A stretch of 64,000 nt of DNA from Sphyrna mokarran (lineage: Eukaryota), in contig JAGIQG010000007.1 in the NCBI GenBank assembly GCA_024679065.1, positions 76,632,001-76,696,000 on the forward strand. The letters run 5' to 3'. The translations under genes were made by a program, and so were the position numbers. Below the pieces are notes generated by a model. That model had not been told where the DNA came from. It saw only the letters and a list, made by a program, of their open reading frames with translations, and did not search any database. Positions 24,546 through 39,030 of this stretch are shown here, piece by piece; position 1 is the stretch's first letter; every line of letters starts with the position of its first letter.

Positions 24546-25399
24546 AGATAACTGTTTAAGTTGAGATTGATTTCTGAAATAATTTTATGTCCCCCCACCC
24601 ACCCTCCAATGGGTTTTTTTAGGGAGGGAAGAGCAGAGACGGGATAGGTGCCAACATCAAACAGATTTTACATGAGGGTAGGCAAGGTCTCAGGCAGGGA
24701 GTTCATCCTTGTCCCCCTTGAGGCCTTTAAGTAGCCAATTAATAGCCTCATTTCCCATTCGGCTCAATTTTTAGATTGACAGTTAGTTTGAAGCTGTCTG
24801 GAGAAAAGCCAAAAATAAAGACATTTTAAATTTTGAACAAGTGTTTCCATTAAAAGTGCTCTTCAGACTGGGGGTGCCTTCCCCTCAAAGTCTCCTGATT
24901 CTGGTCATCCCTTCCTTTCCCAACCTATCTCCCATGATCCCAATCACCTTCCTTGTAGTTTCCCTCCTACCCCATTTCTGGCCTTCGCTACCCTCTTCAC
25001 CTTAGAACCTCTTATACTTACCTGAGCTTCTCGTTCTTGGGACTTGGGCAGCTCCATGCAATGCTTCTTCTGGCCACTGCAGCGCTATTGCTCCAAGAAA
25101 TTCAGATTGGCTGGCAGCTCTCCAAGGTGAGACTTCCTCCTGAGTAAGCCTTGCCTACTGCCAATCAACACTCATTTGAGCATGAATTCGCTGTGGGATA
25201 GCCAGAGTCAGTGGGGAAGTATTCCTCATTGATATTTCAAGCCCCTGCCATCCTAAAAAAAATCAGGGCAAATTCTCCTGCAGTGTCCACAATGTTTTTT
25301 ACCATTTAGCTTCAAAGGATTTCCCAGAGCAGTACTAACCAGTGTATGGATCCAGAGGTTTGGTGCTTCATGCCTGGAGGCAATGGTTTTCATGAATCT

Positions 25400-26200
25400 G
25401 GAATGCTATTTTGTCAATTCATTCAAGCTAACCATTGGAAGACAGTATTCCAACTATCTTTGCAAGCATGTAGTAACTCAATACATGCCTCTTGACATGG
25501 TTACACAATTTTGGGCAGTTTTTATAACTATGAGCTGCTGTGCTGTGACAATGGTTGAATGTTAGTACCACGTTCACAATGAAAATAAGAACAATGCAAC
25601 TCTGAGAAACACAAAAATGTGCACTTCCAGGACATGAGTCCTGGAAAACATTAAATATCTGCCTTCTGATGCCACCATAAGTTGTCATAGAAATTTCAGA
25701 AAATATTGATGACCTTTGTCAAAATAACCTTCAGTGGAGGTGAAAGTGTCACACATTAAGTCTGTTCAGGACTTTGGTATGATGGAACAAAATGAAATTC
25801 CTTATTAGTATTTTCATAGGGCATAGCTTCAAATCAGCAATGCTCCGCACACAGTAAAAGACTGTCACTGCATGTGAATCAAAACGCTACAGACAAAATA
25901 TGTCTGGGCAGAAAATAACCTGAAAACATTCAGAGGACAAGCTGTGTCTGATGCAAAACACAACTGTATCAGCAATATCACGAAACACTTCTCATACCAT
26001 TAATTAGTTTAAATGAAAGTGGCTGCCGTTATTAAGGCAAACGCAGCAGCCACTTGGTGCATAGAAAGAAAGATCCTGCAAACAGTAATGATGTAGCCCA
26101 GTGAAATTGTTTAAAGTTGTCCAGGAGATCAGGGCCCCGAACTCCTCATTGCCTTCAATACTTTCATCCTTCTTGTATATTATTGCACCTAAAAGATCAA
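25400..26200 (-). mobile_element. Very old Harbinger transposase remnant
   Basis: RRQIFNVFQDSCPGSAH (cf. YPGSxHD) and LSFYAPSG (cf. LNFYASGS) occur on the minus strand in the expected order. Confidence 0.4.
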
Positions 26201-26405
26201 GGAGGTTTACTTTTTGATTAATTACACTGATATGGTCCATAAATGTGTTGAGAATGTTTTTCTGATTACAGACTTCAGAAAAAAAACTTTTTAACCCCCT
26301 TTCTTCACATTTTCCATCACTGACATCTGCACTTCATTTTATTGTAGTGCTTTCCATAGAAAAACATCTGGTGATCCCAACAACCAGCGCAATAACCCAC
26401 ACTTG

Positions 26406-27038
26406 AGGCTGGATTTTCTTAGCACTCTAGGGATGGTTTGGAGGGTGGATGGAGCCTTTAAATATCATGAAAGGTGGACTGTTACATGTCTATTGTGCTC
26501 CCATCATCATACCATTTTATCAGTGGGGGCAAACGGCTGATAGGTCCTCCACCCTGAGATCAATTGAGCTACCTATGAGCCTCTTTTCACCATCACTAGC
26601 GGTTTGCAAATTATTTCGGGTCCCTCTGCCTCATGAGGTGAACAACAAGAGATACCGCTGGCCTCTCAGGGAGGAAAGGTGGGTCATCTTATTCAAACAT
26701 TCTTTAGTCTGAGGAGGGATATCCAGCAGCAATACAAATCCAACAACAAAAGCACTGCCTATCCTCACCAAACATTTACCCTTGCTAGAGCCTGTTCAGC
26801 CTGCCTCGAATGCCCTCAGATGCCACTTGCTGATTTGAGATGTGCTCTTCTTCCAGGTGCAGTCCCAGTAATGGCCACCATTCCCAGCTGCACTGCTGAG
26901 GCTGCGAAGGTGCTAGCTAAGGGTAGTCCCAGACTAAACTTTGTAAAATCCACTTCAGCTCCCACTGACTATTGAATCCCCTGACCCCTACTCCTCTCCA
27001 TCAGGAGGGAACCTTGATGCCAATGTAAAATTCATCCT
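26406..27038. mobile_element. Non-autonomous TIR element
   Basis: aggctggatttt ... aaaattcatcct termini; interior similar to 24600-25260 and 57400-58150. Confidence 0.45.
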
Positions 27039-27304
27039 TATATTGGAATTATGTAGATGTTGGCCTTCCCCATGGGCAACCAATTCCTGCAATCATTATA
27101 GAAGGAGACTTGCAGAAGCCTTATGTTCAGGCCAAGAGGATCAGGCAACAGGATCAAGGACAGCAGCCCATTCGTTACTAATAGCCCAACATATGTACAC
27201 ATGTACCACCTCGGCTTTACAAGGGTCTCACTGGGGATCTGTGGATCCAAAGGCTATGTGTTACTAACTTCATCGCACCTCCACTATCATGGCTATCATG
27301 CCTC

Positions 27305-27400
27305 CCCACTTACCTGACAAAGGAACAGCGCTCTGAAAGTTCGTGGCGTTTGCTACCAAATAAACCTGTTGGACTTTAACCTGGTGTTCTGAGACTTCTT
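27305..27400 (+). mobile_element. Penelope pLTR fragment with mutated hammerhead
   Basis: tac-ctgacaa-aggaacagcgctct-gaaa-gt-tc-gtg then taccaaataaacctgttggactttaacctggtgtt..gagacttctt; the CUGANGA box is mutated to CUGACAA. Confidence 0.75.
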
Positions 27401-28794
27401 GCAAGAAGTACAGCAGTCCACAATTTTTACAGTTTCACATCCTTCCGAGCTGCCACAGAATCCCTGTGTAACATTATAGGGAACAGTCAGAGTCTGATTT
27501 GTGGCTCCTTTTTTGATGGAACATTCAGATTAATCCATTTGAATGTAATCCCAGATGACTGAAGCAAAGAGCTATGGAATTCTGCCGGACAATTGATTGT
27601 CCAGAGTGGAGAATGCCAAAATATCAGGCATGTATCACAGAAGGCACCAAAGCAAGAATTCAATGATGTGTGAGAATCAGATGGGTTCCATTCCTAACTT
27701 GTCAAACTGGGTCATGCCGTCTCTCACTGCTGCAAAGTGCAGTTTCTGCAGGGTCTCTTCATTGGTTGGTCGATTGCAGTAGCAGCACCTCTGCCTTACC
27801 TTCTGCACATCCTAGCCGATCGTACCACAGCCAATGTTTTTAGTACGTAGGATCTAGTCAGGATCTCACTGATAGATGAAGAGCTGCAATCCAACTGAAT
27901 AGTATATATCCTGACCTCTTACAATGTGCAAAAATAACAAAGTGTATAACAAGTGCCCAGTGTATTTCAAAGCAAATATTTCCTTTATTGTAAGCTAAGG
28001 GAGTAAAAGCTGGTTTGTAGGGGATAGAATTGTCAGTTTTAGAGAGGCTAGGAATTCTGACAAGTGGGATATATGGCTGTGTTAGAGGTGAGTGAGCATT
28101 TGTGGACCATATAAAGCAGTCGGGGCGTGTTAGTGAAGTTATAGGTGCTCTCACCCTGATTGCAGTGCGAAGGATTAGTGGTGTGAGTATTGCTTTAAAA
28201 GGGTAAAGAGTGTTATAGTGTCCAGTGTGGGTAGAGAGAGGATATTATCCTTACCTGCCCTGATGGCCAGTGCAGATTGCAAGGAATTGGGAGACCATAC
28301 TGTGCCAGCTTCCTACAGATAACATCACAGATAATGATGTTTCAGTTAGTGAAAGGAAGACCCAGGAGTGGGAGGTTCCTGTCTTATGTTTCTTGAGGAG
28401 TGTTTGGATGTCTTTCTCAGGCAGGTTAGATAGGCTTCTTCAATCAAGTGGCTGGCATGGTAACCAGTAGGAGTATCTGGCACCTAAGTGGGCATGATAT
28501 CTGAACTGATCTTCACAGGGGAGGAGCAACTTTGTGGAAACTTATAGTAATACCATTGCAAAGCTCTTTATCTATTTGTCAGACGGTGTTCTGCCATGCT
28601 TCTCAAAGTATTTAAATAGTTGCAGAATCATTGTACAGAGTTTGTGGGGTTGCAGATGTTTATTTGGAAATGTTCACAGCTCTTAACAGTCAAATTACTA
28701 GAGATGCTGTACAAATGTTTAAGCTAATTCAACCAGGAAATGTGTGTGACTTTGTTGGTCAGTCATGTGGTTCTCCAGCGTTGCAAAGACGTCA

Positions 28795-28970
28795 GGGAAA
28801 TGTAGGGCACAGAAGAAGAAGTCTCAGATCTTTTTAAAATAGCATCATGGAATCTATAATAACTATCATGAACATGCAGTCATGATCATGAAAGTATCAT
28901 CTAAAGGATAGCCTATCAAACAATATATTTCTCTATATTGTTGTGCAATATCAGCCTACACCTTGGAGTG
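28795..28970 (-). mobile_element. Deu-domain SINE fragment
   Basis: Faint similarity to 21350-21620 (aatagcatcatggaatct..tcatctaaaggatagc). Confidence 0.4.
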
Positions 28971-28971
28971 C

Positions 28972-29950
28972 AACAATAATGACAACTTATATTTAGTTCA
29001 CATCTTCAAAAATGACAAAATATTTCAAGGTGCTTCATGGGAGCATCATAAAACAACATATGGTTCAGTAGTATGGGTGGCATGGTGGCACTGTGGTTAG
29101 CATTGCTGCCTCACAAAGGCAGCAACCAAGGTTGAATTCCAGTTTCAGGTGACTGTGTGGAGTTTGCATATTCTCCCCATCCCTGTGTGGGCTTTCTCCA
29201 GGTACTCCAGTTTTCTTTCACATTCCAAAGATGGGTAGGTTAGCTTATTTGGCAATGCCAAATAGCCACAAGATGTGTGGGTTAGGGGGATTAGAGAGGT
29301 AAATACATGGAGTTATAGGGATAGAATCTGGATGGAATGCTGTGTTGAAGAGTTGGAGCAGAGATTTGAAGGGCCGAATAGTCTCTTCCTGCACTGCAGG
29401 AGTTCTATGATTTTATATCATATGAACATATATAAGTCAGATGATGGAAAGCTTGATTGAAGATGTAGGTATTAAGAAGTGGAAAGGAGGAGAGCAAGGT
29501 GTAAAGTCAGAGAGGTTTGAGGAGGATATTCCAAAGTTAAGGGCCCAGGTATCTGAAGGACAATCATTGATTGTACAGCAATCAGGAATGCACAAAAAGC
29601 AAGAACTAGGTTAGTGTAGATATTTTGGAGTTGTTGGATTGGAGAGAATACAAAGGTAAAGAGGAGACTAGGTCATGGAAGGAATTGATAGCTAGGATGA
29701 GAATTTTAAAATCAAGGCTGGACTAAGAACCAATGTAGGCCTGCAGGCACACGGGGCATAGGTGAACAGGACCTGTTAGGAATTAGGACATGACCAACAG
29801 AACTTTGGGTGACCTCAACTTTGCAGAGGAAAGATTATTGGAAGCCCGCTAGGAATGTATTGGAATAATCAAATCTCAAAGGAACAAAGATGTAAATGAA
29901 TGCTTCAGCAACAAATAAGCTGAGGTAGTGGCAAAATTGGGAAATGTTAA
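28972..29950 (-). mobile_element. L2 LINE 3' remnant, interrupted by a SINE
   Basis: L2 tail (caacttatatttag..caaggtgcttca) and the reverse complement of the AETLIHAFV..LDYSN region (ttggaataatcaaatct..gcttcagca), matching the plus-strand L2 at 38290-38710. Confidence 0.65.
29077..29412 (+). mobile_element. HE1-like SINE
   Basis: ggtggcactgtggttagcattgctgcctcac head; ctgcactgcaggagttctatgat tail. Confidence 0.85.
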
Positions 29951-29989
29951 CAGAAATTTGTCCCTTAGTGGCCCAAGATGTGTAGATTA

Positions 29990-30306
29990 TGGTGGCATAG
30001 TGGTTAGCAGTGCTGCCTCACAGTGCCCAAGACCTGATTCGATTCCCGGCTTAGGTCGTTGTCTGTGCAGAGTTTGCACGTTCTCCTCGTTCTGCATGGG
30101 TTCCCTCTTGGTGCTCCGGTTTCCTCGCACAGTTCAAAGATGTGCAAGTTAATTAGATTGGTCATGCTACATTGCCCCTACGCGTCAAGTGGATTAGAAG
30201 GGTAAATATGTGGGTTTGCAGGAATAGGGTCTGGGTGGGATTATTATCAGTGTACCTTTGTGAGTTAAATTGCTTCCTATTGCATGAGGGATTCTCTGAT
30301 TTCTAT
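29990..30306 (+). mobile_element. HE1-like SINE
   Basis: ggtggcatagtggttagcagtgctgcctcac, attcgattcc B-box, core and gggattctctgatttctatga tail. Confidence 0.85.
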
Positions 30307-32767
30307 GAAATAAAAATAGGTGATACTTGTGCTTTCAGATGAGGTAACTGAGATATTAGAGAGGCCAAGGATCAATCTTCAGAAATGTTATGGACGGGAA
30401 AGAACTTTAGAATAAATTCTCCCCTTTTCCCATTTCTCAATTGACTGCAACAAGATGTATTTTAAAGAAGTGTTCCAACCCTTTTTAGTGCTATGACTTT
30501 GAAGAACAGACACAAAACAGAATGTCTGGTAAATTTAAATGAAAAGGAAGGGTAAATGTTTATTTCTTACAGCACCTGAAAAGATGCTCAATGAACATTC
30601 GCATCTCATTCATCGACATACACAAGAAAAGATCATTTCCAAAAATGTGACATGCACTGAAATTACTTAGAATCCTGAAAGTTAGTATTAGTCTATTTTT
30701 CCAAGAAGATTGCCAGAAGTGTTAGAGAAAATTCACATGGAACTTCTTTTTCAGTTTTATTTGAGTTTCTCTAAATATCTAAACATCAATATTATAAATT
30801 CCTTGAGTTATCTTGATATTTCTTCAATGAAAGGTCCTCCACAAGGACATTTACATTTTAATGACCTTCCAGAGGCATGTGCAGACATGGGTTAATCTTT
30901 ATCTGTATTGCAACTAGAAAAAGGTCACCTGACCATTTGGAGTCCATTTTGTCATGATAATTGTTCACAGTATCTTTAACAAGTAAAATGATCATCTTCT
31001 TTGCAAGTTTTGTAGGCATCTGATATAACTTTGACAGGAACAATGGTGATAACAGCAAGATGGTGGGTGGTAGGGGTGGGGGTGGTTGGGGCGGGGGGAT
31101 TTGTGGTGGGAGAAGTAATTGCAAATTGTACTCTTGCTTTTATTTTAATCTGCAATACATTGGTTCATTGAATTATCTGCTTTAAACTAAAACATCCTAA
31201 TTTATTAATAGAAAATACTTTCAGAAGAGGGAATGATTTTTTCATGTGAAGGATCTTCTGTGATATATGGGAAGTCAATTGGTTAATGAGCAACTCCAAG
31301 ATGGTATCCAAGAGAATAAATTTTTCAGAACAAATATGTTATGACGAATCAGAAGTAATATGTTAAAAGCAAACAATAAAGATGAAATATGTCTGAAAAG
31401 AACTTGTGAAATTACAAAGGGGGGATTTTAACAACCAAAAACTTTGGGCAATTTCAGCTAGTTTTCCTTTGTACCTACAGCAGAGTAAGGCCACAGCAAT
31501 ATTAATCAAAGACATCAATCATATGCCACTGTTTCATTTCTCACTCATCAGTGGACAAGAAGCCACTGCTGGCCTTCAGAAAATCAGGCAGTGCTTGGCC
31601 ACGCAAGGGTACTTAGATGGGTTTGGGGGAGGGAAATTTGGGGACTATGGAGTGTTGAGGAGGGTGCTGGTATGTCTGGTGGTAGAAGATGGCAAAGAGG
31701 CAAGGATGGTGCGGAGTGATCTAAACTTTCCTTGTGGAGCCCTGAACAGGATTCCTGCTGCTCTTTGTTTCAAAAGCAAAAGTTAAAGGACTTACTTGCA
31801 GCACTGCATCTTCCTATAATCCTCACTGCAGTTTAAAACTGAACATTGTTTATTGGTAAATAACATTCAGGAGATTACTGAGATGTAAAGTCTGCCCAAC
31901 ATATTTGGCATGCTATGCTAATAGCAGTGCCTTTGTGATTGATGTCAATGGCACTGGCTAATAGTTTGTGGCATTTGTTTGGTTGCCCATGATGAGTGTG
32001 AGTAGTCTGAAGTAGAGGCATAGTAATATGTAATTGAGCAGATTAGATAGATAAAGCTGATTAGTTTTTAGTCAGTTTGTCCAAATGCTGCTGCAGTATT
32101 GATAATGCTGCTCCCATGTTGTTGTGTCACATTCCTGGAGCTTCCCAGACCCTCTGGAGACTTTACCATTCATACTCTTGGGACATCATCCATTTCTATG
32201 CATACCATCCTCTTGAGCATCCTCCAATGGGCTGAGTCTCCCAGTGATCAGCAGCTAATTGTTCAGAAATCTGTAAATAGAAATAGAGTCATGTTTAATA
32301 AAATGATTGTGCAGATCTATAATGGACATTGACATGGCAATATTGCTGTATTTCCTCGACTGTTCATATTTTGCATCTATTGAACTTATATTGCACAGAA
32401 TTACTGTCACATTGCAGATATTGCACAATTTGTTTCATATTTATAATCCAGTCAATTAAAGTTATTGCATCAGATTGTACTGGAGATGAAAATGATTATT
32501 GACTTATTAATTTTAAATTCTAAGGCATTAACAGCAATATTTTTCCTATTACTAAAATATATTTTCAATTTTTTTTAGAACTTTTCTTTTTCTCAGTGCC
32601 TAATTGATCCTAATTGATATTTAACTCTGGCTGATTATCCTCGTAGTTGTACCTTTTCCTCAAATATCCAATCACATAAAACACTTTCAGCCTATATGTC
32701 TAGTTGACATTAATTATCATTGGTGTTTTTTTCTACAAGCATATATTTTGCTTTCTTCATAAATAAT

Positions 32768-33402
32768 GGGCAGAATCTTACTGCATTTGAAAACATTCCA
32801 CCAAGGACAAATGTGTGTCTCAAACCCAATGGCCTATGAGTCCTGTGCACCTATACAAATTAATATCTTTAACAATCTCAATCAGAAATTTGACAGCCCC
32901 ATTCAGATAGATGGGTGCTCCTCAGGTAGCAAAGAGATTGAAAAGGCCCCTCAACATGGACTAGGCCTTGGAGTTCAGCAAAATTTGAAGAATGATGAGG
33001 AACAAAGGCAGTAGACTGCACAGAACTGAGAATCCTCTCCACTGGATTAACCCTGGTTGCAGGCATGACCTTTCCTGCCTATGGCTCTATCATTGGATAG
33101 TGGAGCCTCCGGCTTTGATGGGCAGCTGACCTGCCTCTGGGTATCAGCCCCAATGGAATCAGGCTCAGACCCCCATGAGATCTCTCCATTGCTGGAAAAC
33201 TCCTAGCAGAATCCTTTCTGTACCCTCATTAGACTTCTAATTGCTAATTCTTATCTACACACATCTGCCAGAGAGAGAATCACTTTTATTGCTCTCCCAC
33301 TGTTGCAAGATTGCCAAGAGATGGGAAACAAGTCAGTCCGCCAACATGACACCCTGATCCCGCCTTTAAAGCAGTCTCTACACTACCTGAAAGATTCTGT
33401 CC
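32768..33402. mobile_element. Non-autonomous TIR element with 3-bp TSD (AAT)
   Basis: aat|gggcagaatcttac ... gaaagattctgtcc|aat. Confidence 0.6.
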
Positions 33403-35999
33403 AATGTGTGCATTCAGTAATTTTGAACCAAAGTGACTTCATATGAAGAAAATTTGTTGCACTTTTTGCAGCACACAGCATGACATAGGAGGGTGATCAT
33501 TAATTCATCAAGCTTCCAATTGTATCAAAACAACATGCACATTTCATCTTACCACCGTACAGTTCCAAATGACTTTAGAATGTAATTTCAATAATACCGA
33601 CATCTAACGTTTCCAATAGAGACTAATGATTAGTCCAATCAAATACAACTTAGAATTTCTCTTTGTACAGCACACCCTCCAGAATTTGCACTGAGTCCGT
33701 TTATGAAGCCCATTCTAAAAATTGGCTAATTGAGATTTTCACCAGCACTCAGTATTTACCTCCATATTAAACTGTGTCAAAAATTGCAAACTGACTTTAA
33801 TACTGACCAAATGGAAGTTAATATTCAAGTCACCATCTTTTTCCTATATGTCAGCAGCAAGACTTAGTTCCTCTCTTTGTGATGGACAATCTGTTTGAAA
33901 CCTGCTTTCAAAATGGATTCCTCTTTACATTTAAATTCGTCTTGGAATAAGTTACATGTGAACAGGGAAGAATAATAAAAAACCTGCTGCGGTAGATAGA
34001 ATTTCATTGACTATCATGGTTCGCGTTGTTCGCGCTGCTCAAACTGGCGCACATTTGCTTTGTAGATAATTTGGAGTTCTTCTCGCTGTGATGTATATAA
34101 AAAAATCAATTTTCTTACATCAATCATTGCACTTGGAAAAATCACAGAGAAAGAAGAGAATATTTTACTTATTTTATCCAAGTGTTGAATTTCATCAAGT
34201 TAACTCATAATCTCGATAAATAATCAAACTATGCAAGAATCGTATACAGGGAATGTTCTGCAGGCAATGTATACAGGCAATGTACATGCTTATTTTCAAC
34301 ATATTTACACTGAAGTCAGGCTCAGTCTCATAAGAACATTCAGCAATTTTGATAAGTTTTCCAATAATATGAAATGAAGATTAATGTATGGAATAACCTT
34401 AATACCACAGAAAATGTTGTTATTCTAATGTGGGAATAATAGCCCGGTGATATTTGTGGGCTAGCTCTGTGTAGACTGGCAATGATATGAAAACAGGTTT
34501 TTTTTTGCATACCCTCTGAATCTTCTGATAAGATAATCATTTCATTGTGTGCTTATGTTTATAGCACTGATGCACACTTTCGTCACGTTATAGGTTTCAT
34601 TCTCCTTAAATGTGGCTATGTCTCTAAATATTTATCCAACGTTTTTTGCCAGTGATTAGATATTGAAGCGAGAAGTTAATTTTAATTGCAAACTTGACCT
34701 TTAGTGTAGCGAAGCTTATCTTTCTTACATGCTCCCTCTTCACCATGCCATGACACAACCGCAGTAAAATCCCATCTAGTGCATTGAATCCTAAATACTT
34801 GCTAAGCAGCTATGATCTACCTGCCACATCAGAGTTGTAAATGAAGGTTCATGCATTGCAGAAAGCAGCCATCCATTGCAGTGTTTACGTTACATAGATA
34901 AGGCAAAAGTCAGTCCCTGTTATTGTAAATGTACACTGGCAAACTTGGTTCTGCCTCACTGGGAGTTCACATGTATTTTTAACTCCCTTCAATTGTTAAT
35001 GTATTCCTCAAATGAGATGTATCACCTTGAAGAATGACTTTTTACCCCTTGGGAATGAGGCAAACAAGTATTTCATTCACTATGATAATCAGTTCTACCT
35101 CCAGCCATATATGAAACCTAAATTTAATAGGCACCAGTGATTAGGTTTTAAGATGTCGAATCACCATTGTCCATTGCAGGGAGAAAAGAAAGGACTGAGG
35201 CCATGGCCTATGTCTCATTCAGGAGAAAATTGTGATGTTTCGGATCATCTGTATCAACCTCAACTTTTGCCCTTAATCTAAAACTAAATGCAGCAAAAAA
35301 TTAACAGCTATATTTGACACTGAAGAAATGTTTTGGTATGATTCTGCATGAACCCATTTGAAAATTATTTCCAGAGCTGAATGAGGAGGAGTGGATGTAA
35401 TTATTGTGTACAGCAATTTATATCTTGAACTACGAATAAAAAAAAGCTAATTTTTTTATTAAAATAAAAATAACAAAGCAGACATTCGTGCATAAAAGTA
35501 ACAAATTATCTCTTAAATCACAAACGTAGCATGTGGACAGTAAATTATATGGTGGTTCCACATTCCTGGCACAGCAAGTAGAATTAAATGAAGAAAGATG
35601 CTTCTGACAGACCAAGAATGATGCAAGCAGGCAAAAGTTGCAAATGATATGTCAAATGGTTGTTTCAGATGGGATTGTGGGATTTCCGCTCAGTGCTGAC
35701 TTGGATTTTATACTGTGCCTTATCTGTTTGTGTATTGCGATGACCCACAGTTTCCTGATGCATACAGCATCAAATCCCATCTGCCTTATGACCTCCTAAC
35801 ACTAACTAAGGTGGAAAACAAAACAGGTGAAATCTTGAAAAATAGATTGAGGTAGTGGTTGACTGCATGGTTTTGGGCTTTAAAAGGGGAATTATTCACA
35901 ATTCTAACATCTTGGAAATGGAGAGAAAAAAAGACCGAAAAATAATTTGACTTTTGTTTTTAACCACAAGCTTAGATAACCTGGCTAATGTTAAACTTT

Positions 36000-36312
36000 T
36001 TTTTTACATTTATTCATGGGATGTCACTAGTTGGGCCAGCATTTATTGCCCATCTTTGAGGGAATTTAAGAGTCACCCACATTGCTGTGGATTTGGAATC
36101 ACATGTAAGCCAGACCAGGTAATGATGACAGATTTCCCTCCCTAAATGACATTAGTACACCAGATGGGTTTTTATAATAATCAACAAAGGTTTTACGGTC
36201 ATCATAATTCCAGACTTATTTTGAATTCAAATTTCACCTTCTACCATGGTGATATTCGAAGCCAGGTCTCAGAACATTGCCCTCGGTATTGGAATTACTA
36301 GTCCTGTGACAA
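36000..36312 (-). mobile_element. Second SINE family copy
   Basis: Aligns by eye with 19880-20276 (ccagcatttattgccc, cagaccaggtaa, gacattagt). Confidence 0.75.
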
Positions 36313-36504
36313 TATATAATAGGTACATTTATGCTGCAGTATTCTTAATTTCAACTGAACATATTATAGCAAGTGAAATGTGTGGAGTATTATCATTGCC
36401 TTTACAAATCTGTTTTAGCAATAAGCATTCTCCTTTCTTTAAAGAAAAATTAAAATCAAGGATTAAGGCATAGAGCCTTAGTTGTTAGTCCAACTGCGTA
36501 GTTG

Positions 36505-37405
36505 GACCATACCTCAGCACCTGTCCTTTGTGGAGAAATTTTTCTGGAAACACACGTTTGACCACATGGCAATCAAACAGTGGTAGGCACATAATGTCCT
36601 CGAGGCCCTGAGAGAAAAGGAGATGGTTCCCTGAGAGATTGTTAGTGTCATCTGGCAGAATGCCTCATCACCAGATCTCATAAACAAGCACCAAGACCTG
36701 ACTTGGCTGGTGGTGAGAAGGGCACTCTTTGTTAGATCCTTTATGCATGCTGCCCTCGAAATGGCTGCGAGGGTGATGAAACAGTTACACACCTCCTTGT
36801 GGAATGTGCCTTTGCAAAGAAGGTCTGGAGTGAGATGCAGTTGTATTTGTCAAGGTTCATCCCGAGCAGCTCGGTGACGCAGGACTTTGTGCTCTATAGG
36901 TGTTTCCAGAAATGCACGCTGAGACAAATATCAACTGCTGCTGGAGGGTCATCAACTCAGTGAAGGATGGACTTCGGTCTGCCCGAAATTTGCTGATCTT
37001 CCAGTTGAAAGAATTATCCTTGACTGAGTGTTGCAGACTGGCACATTCCAAGGTCCAGTGCTGAGGGACTCGCTGAAGCTTGGGGCAGTCGCCACAAAGG
37101 TACAATGGGGAAAGACCATAATGTAAAGCCTTTCAATCAAGGCAGACCGAGGACCTGGTAACTGCAGAATACCTTTGGCCTGCTTAACTGTGCGCAATCT
37201 GAAAAATAACAGCACATTCTAAAATCTGATATTTGTGTATAGTTTTAAGTAATGAAATGTAATGAATGTAATGTCATGTAAATAAACATCGTATTGCACT
37301 GTAAAAATGTTTTTTTTGCACTGTTTGTAATTTTTGGATCTGTTGTTTTACAGTTGTTTACTTGAGAGCTTTTATATGAATAAGGTATATTTTTGAAATA
37401 AAAGA
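36505..37405 (+). mobile_element. Tx1/L1-clade LINE 3' remnant with zf-RVT-like region
   Basis: Plus strand SPDLINKHQDLTWLVVRRALFVRSFMH..CPRNGCEGDETVTHLLVECAFAKKVW (CxxC..H..C), followed by an AT-rich 3' UTR ending in an A-rich tail. Confidence 0.8.
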
Positions 37406-38034
37406 AATTAAGACATGGAAGCCAATAGATAATGGAATTCCCTTTATTTTCTTTTTTTTTGCTTCTATGCTTTAGATATTCTATAGTGCACAAGAGCTAC
37501 ACATATCTACTATTATGTAGACAAAGCATCCTCCATAATGTTAAGTGTTGCTCAACTGAATGAAAGTTCAACTAGTTAAAAATCAGTAAACCTTTGGAGA
37601 TTTTTGCTTTGAAATTGTCCTTCCTGAATAATTGAGGATGAATATTTAATCATAGTGCATTCCCAAAAAATTATTTTATCCGTTATTTTGATAAGATCAA
37701 TGTTCAAAGAGCCAATCTTTGTTGGCCAATCTTTGATCCAATATTTGGATCACTTCAGTGCCTCAGGTTTGGCATTATATTGTCCAACTTCCCAATATTG
37801 GATGAACAGAAATGTATCCAACTAATTATTGAGAAGATTGAATCCATTATCTCTAGCCCCTGCCACAGCTCCTATTCCTGAACATTGTTTCCATGCCTGG
37901 CAACTGCTGAAAGCTGAGCAAAACCATTCACAACCTTGATGTTGTGTTGGAACTCCAAAATCAGTTTCTGACCACATGTACACACCATGACCAAGACTGT
38001 TTACTTCCACTGCTATAATGTTACTCAGTTCTAG

Positions 38035-38275
38035 CATACCGGTTTAGCTCAGTGAACTGGACAGTCTATTCATAGTGCAGAGCAACATCAACAGCACAGG
38101 TTCAATTTCCATACCGGCTCAGGTTATTCATAAAAGCCTGCCTTCTTAACCTTACCCCTCGGCTGAGGTGTAGTGATCCACACCTGATCAGGAGTCAGCT
38201 CTCCAACCCTCCCCCTCAAAAAGGTGAGCAGCCTACGATCATCTGAGGCTATGGTAACTTTATCTTACCTTATTC
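38035..38275 (+). mobile_element. Third tRNA-derived SINE family
   Basis: A-box tagctcagtg, B-box ggttcaatttcc, tail ctatggtaactttatcttacctta; inserted in L2. Confidence 0.65.
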
Positions 38276-38721
38276 GACTCTAACCCTGCTGCATCCAAGC
38301 TGCTGCTGAAACACTCAACCATGGATTTGTTACTACGGGACTTGACTATTCCATCGCTCTTCTGGCTAGTCTCTAATCTTCCACCCTGTATAAATATGTT
38401 CATTCAAAACTCTGCCGCCCACATTTTAACTCGTTCGAATGTCATTCACCCAATTATGTCTGGGCTTGCTGACTTTCACTCATTCCGGTCTGTCAATGCT
38501 TCAATTTTAAAAGTCTCATCATTCTTTTGAATTACTTCTATGGCTCTCTGGAGCTTCCTCCCCCATCCTTACAAGCCTTTGAGATATCTATGCTCATCCA
38601 ATTCTGAATTCTTGCACATCCTGGATTTTAATGATTCCACTGTTGGCTGTTGTGCTTTCAGCTGTTTTGATCCTAAATGCTGGAATTCCCTCCCTGAATG
38701 TCTTGGTCTCACTACTACTCC

Positions 38722-39030
38722 AAGAAACATAAATAGAAGCAGGAGTAGGCCATTCGGCCCTTTGAGCCTACTCCATCATTCATTATGATCATGGCTCACC
38801 ATCAAGTTCAATATCCTGATTCTCCCCTTCCCTCATATCCCTTGACCCCTTTAGCCCCTAGATCTATATCTAATTTCTTCTGAAAATCACAATGTTTTGG
38901 GCTCAACTACATTCTGTGATAGTGATATTCATTCATTCACCAGTTTCTGGCTGAAGAAAATTTTCCTAACCTCAGTTCTAAAAGAGATTCAAAATCCCTT
39001 TGTTTTCAAACTATGACCCATAGTTCTTTT
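38722..39030 (-). mobile_element. CR1 3' end
   Basis: aagaaacataaatagaagcaggagtaggccattcggccc is a typical reverse-strand CR1 3' UTR. Confidence 0.75.

Noticed and set aside
29955-29989. SINE internal fragment directly before a SINE head
   Set aside because: Too short to distinguish a tandem or chimeric insertion from a remnant; ordinary in SINE-rich DNA.
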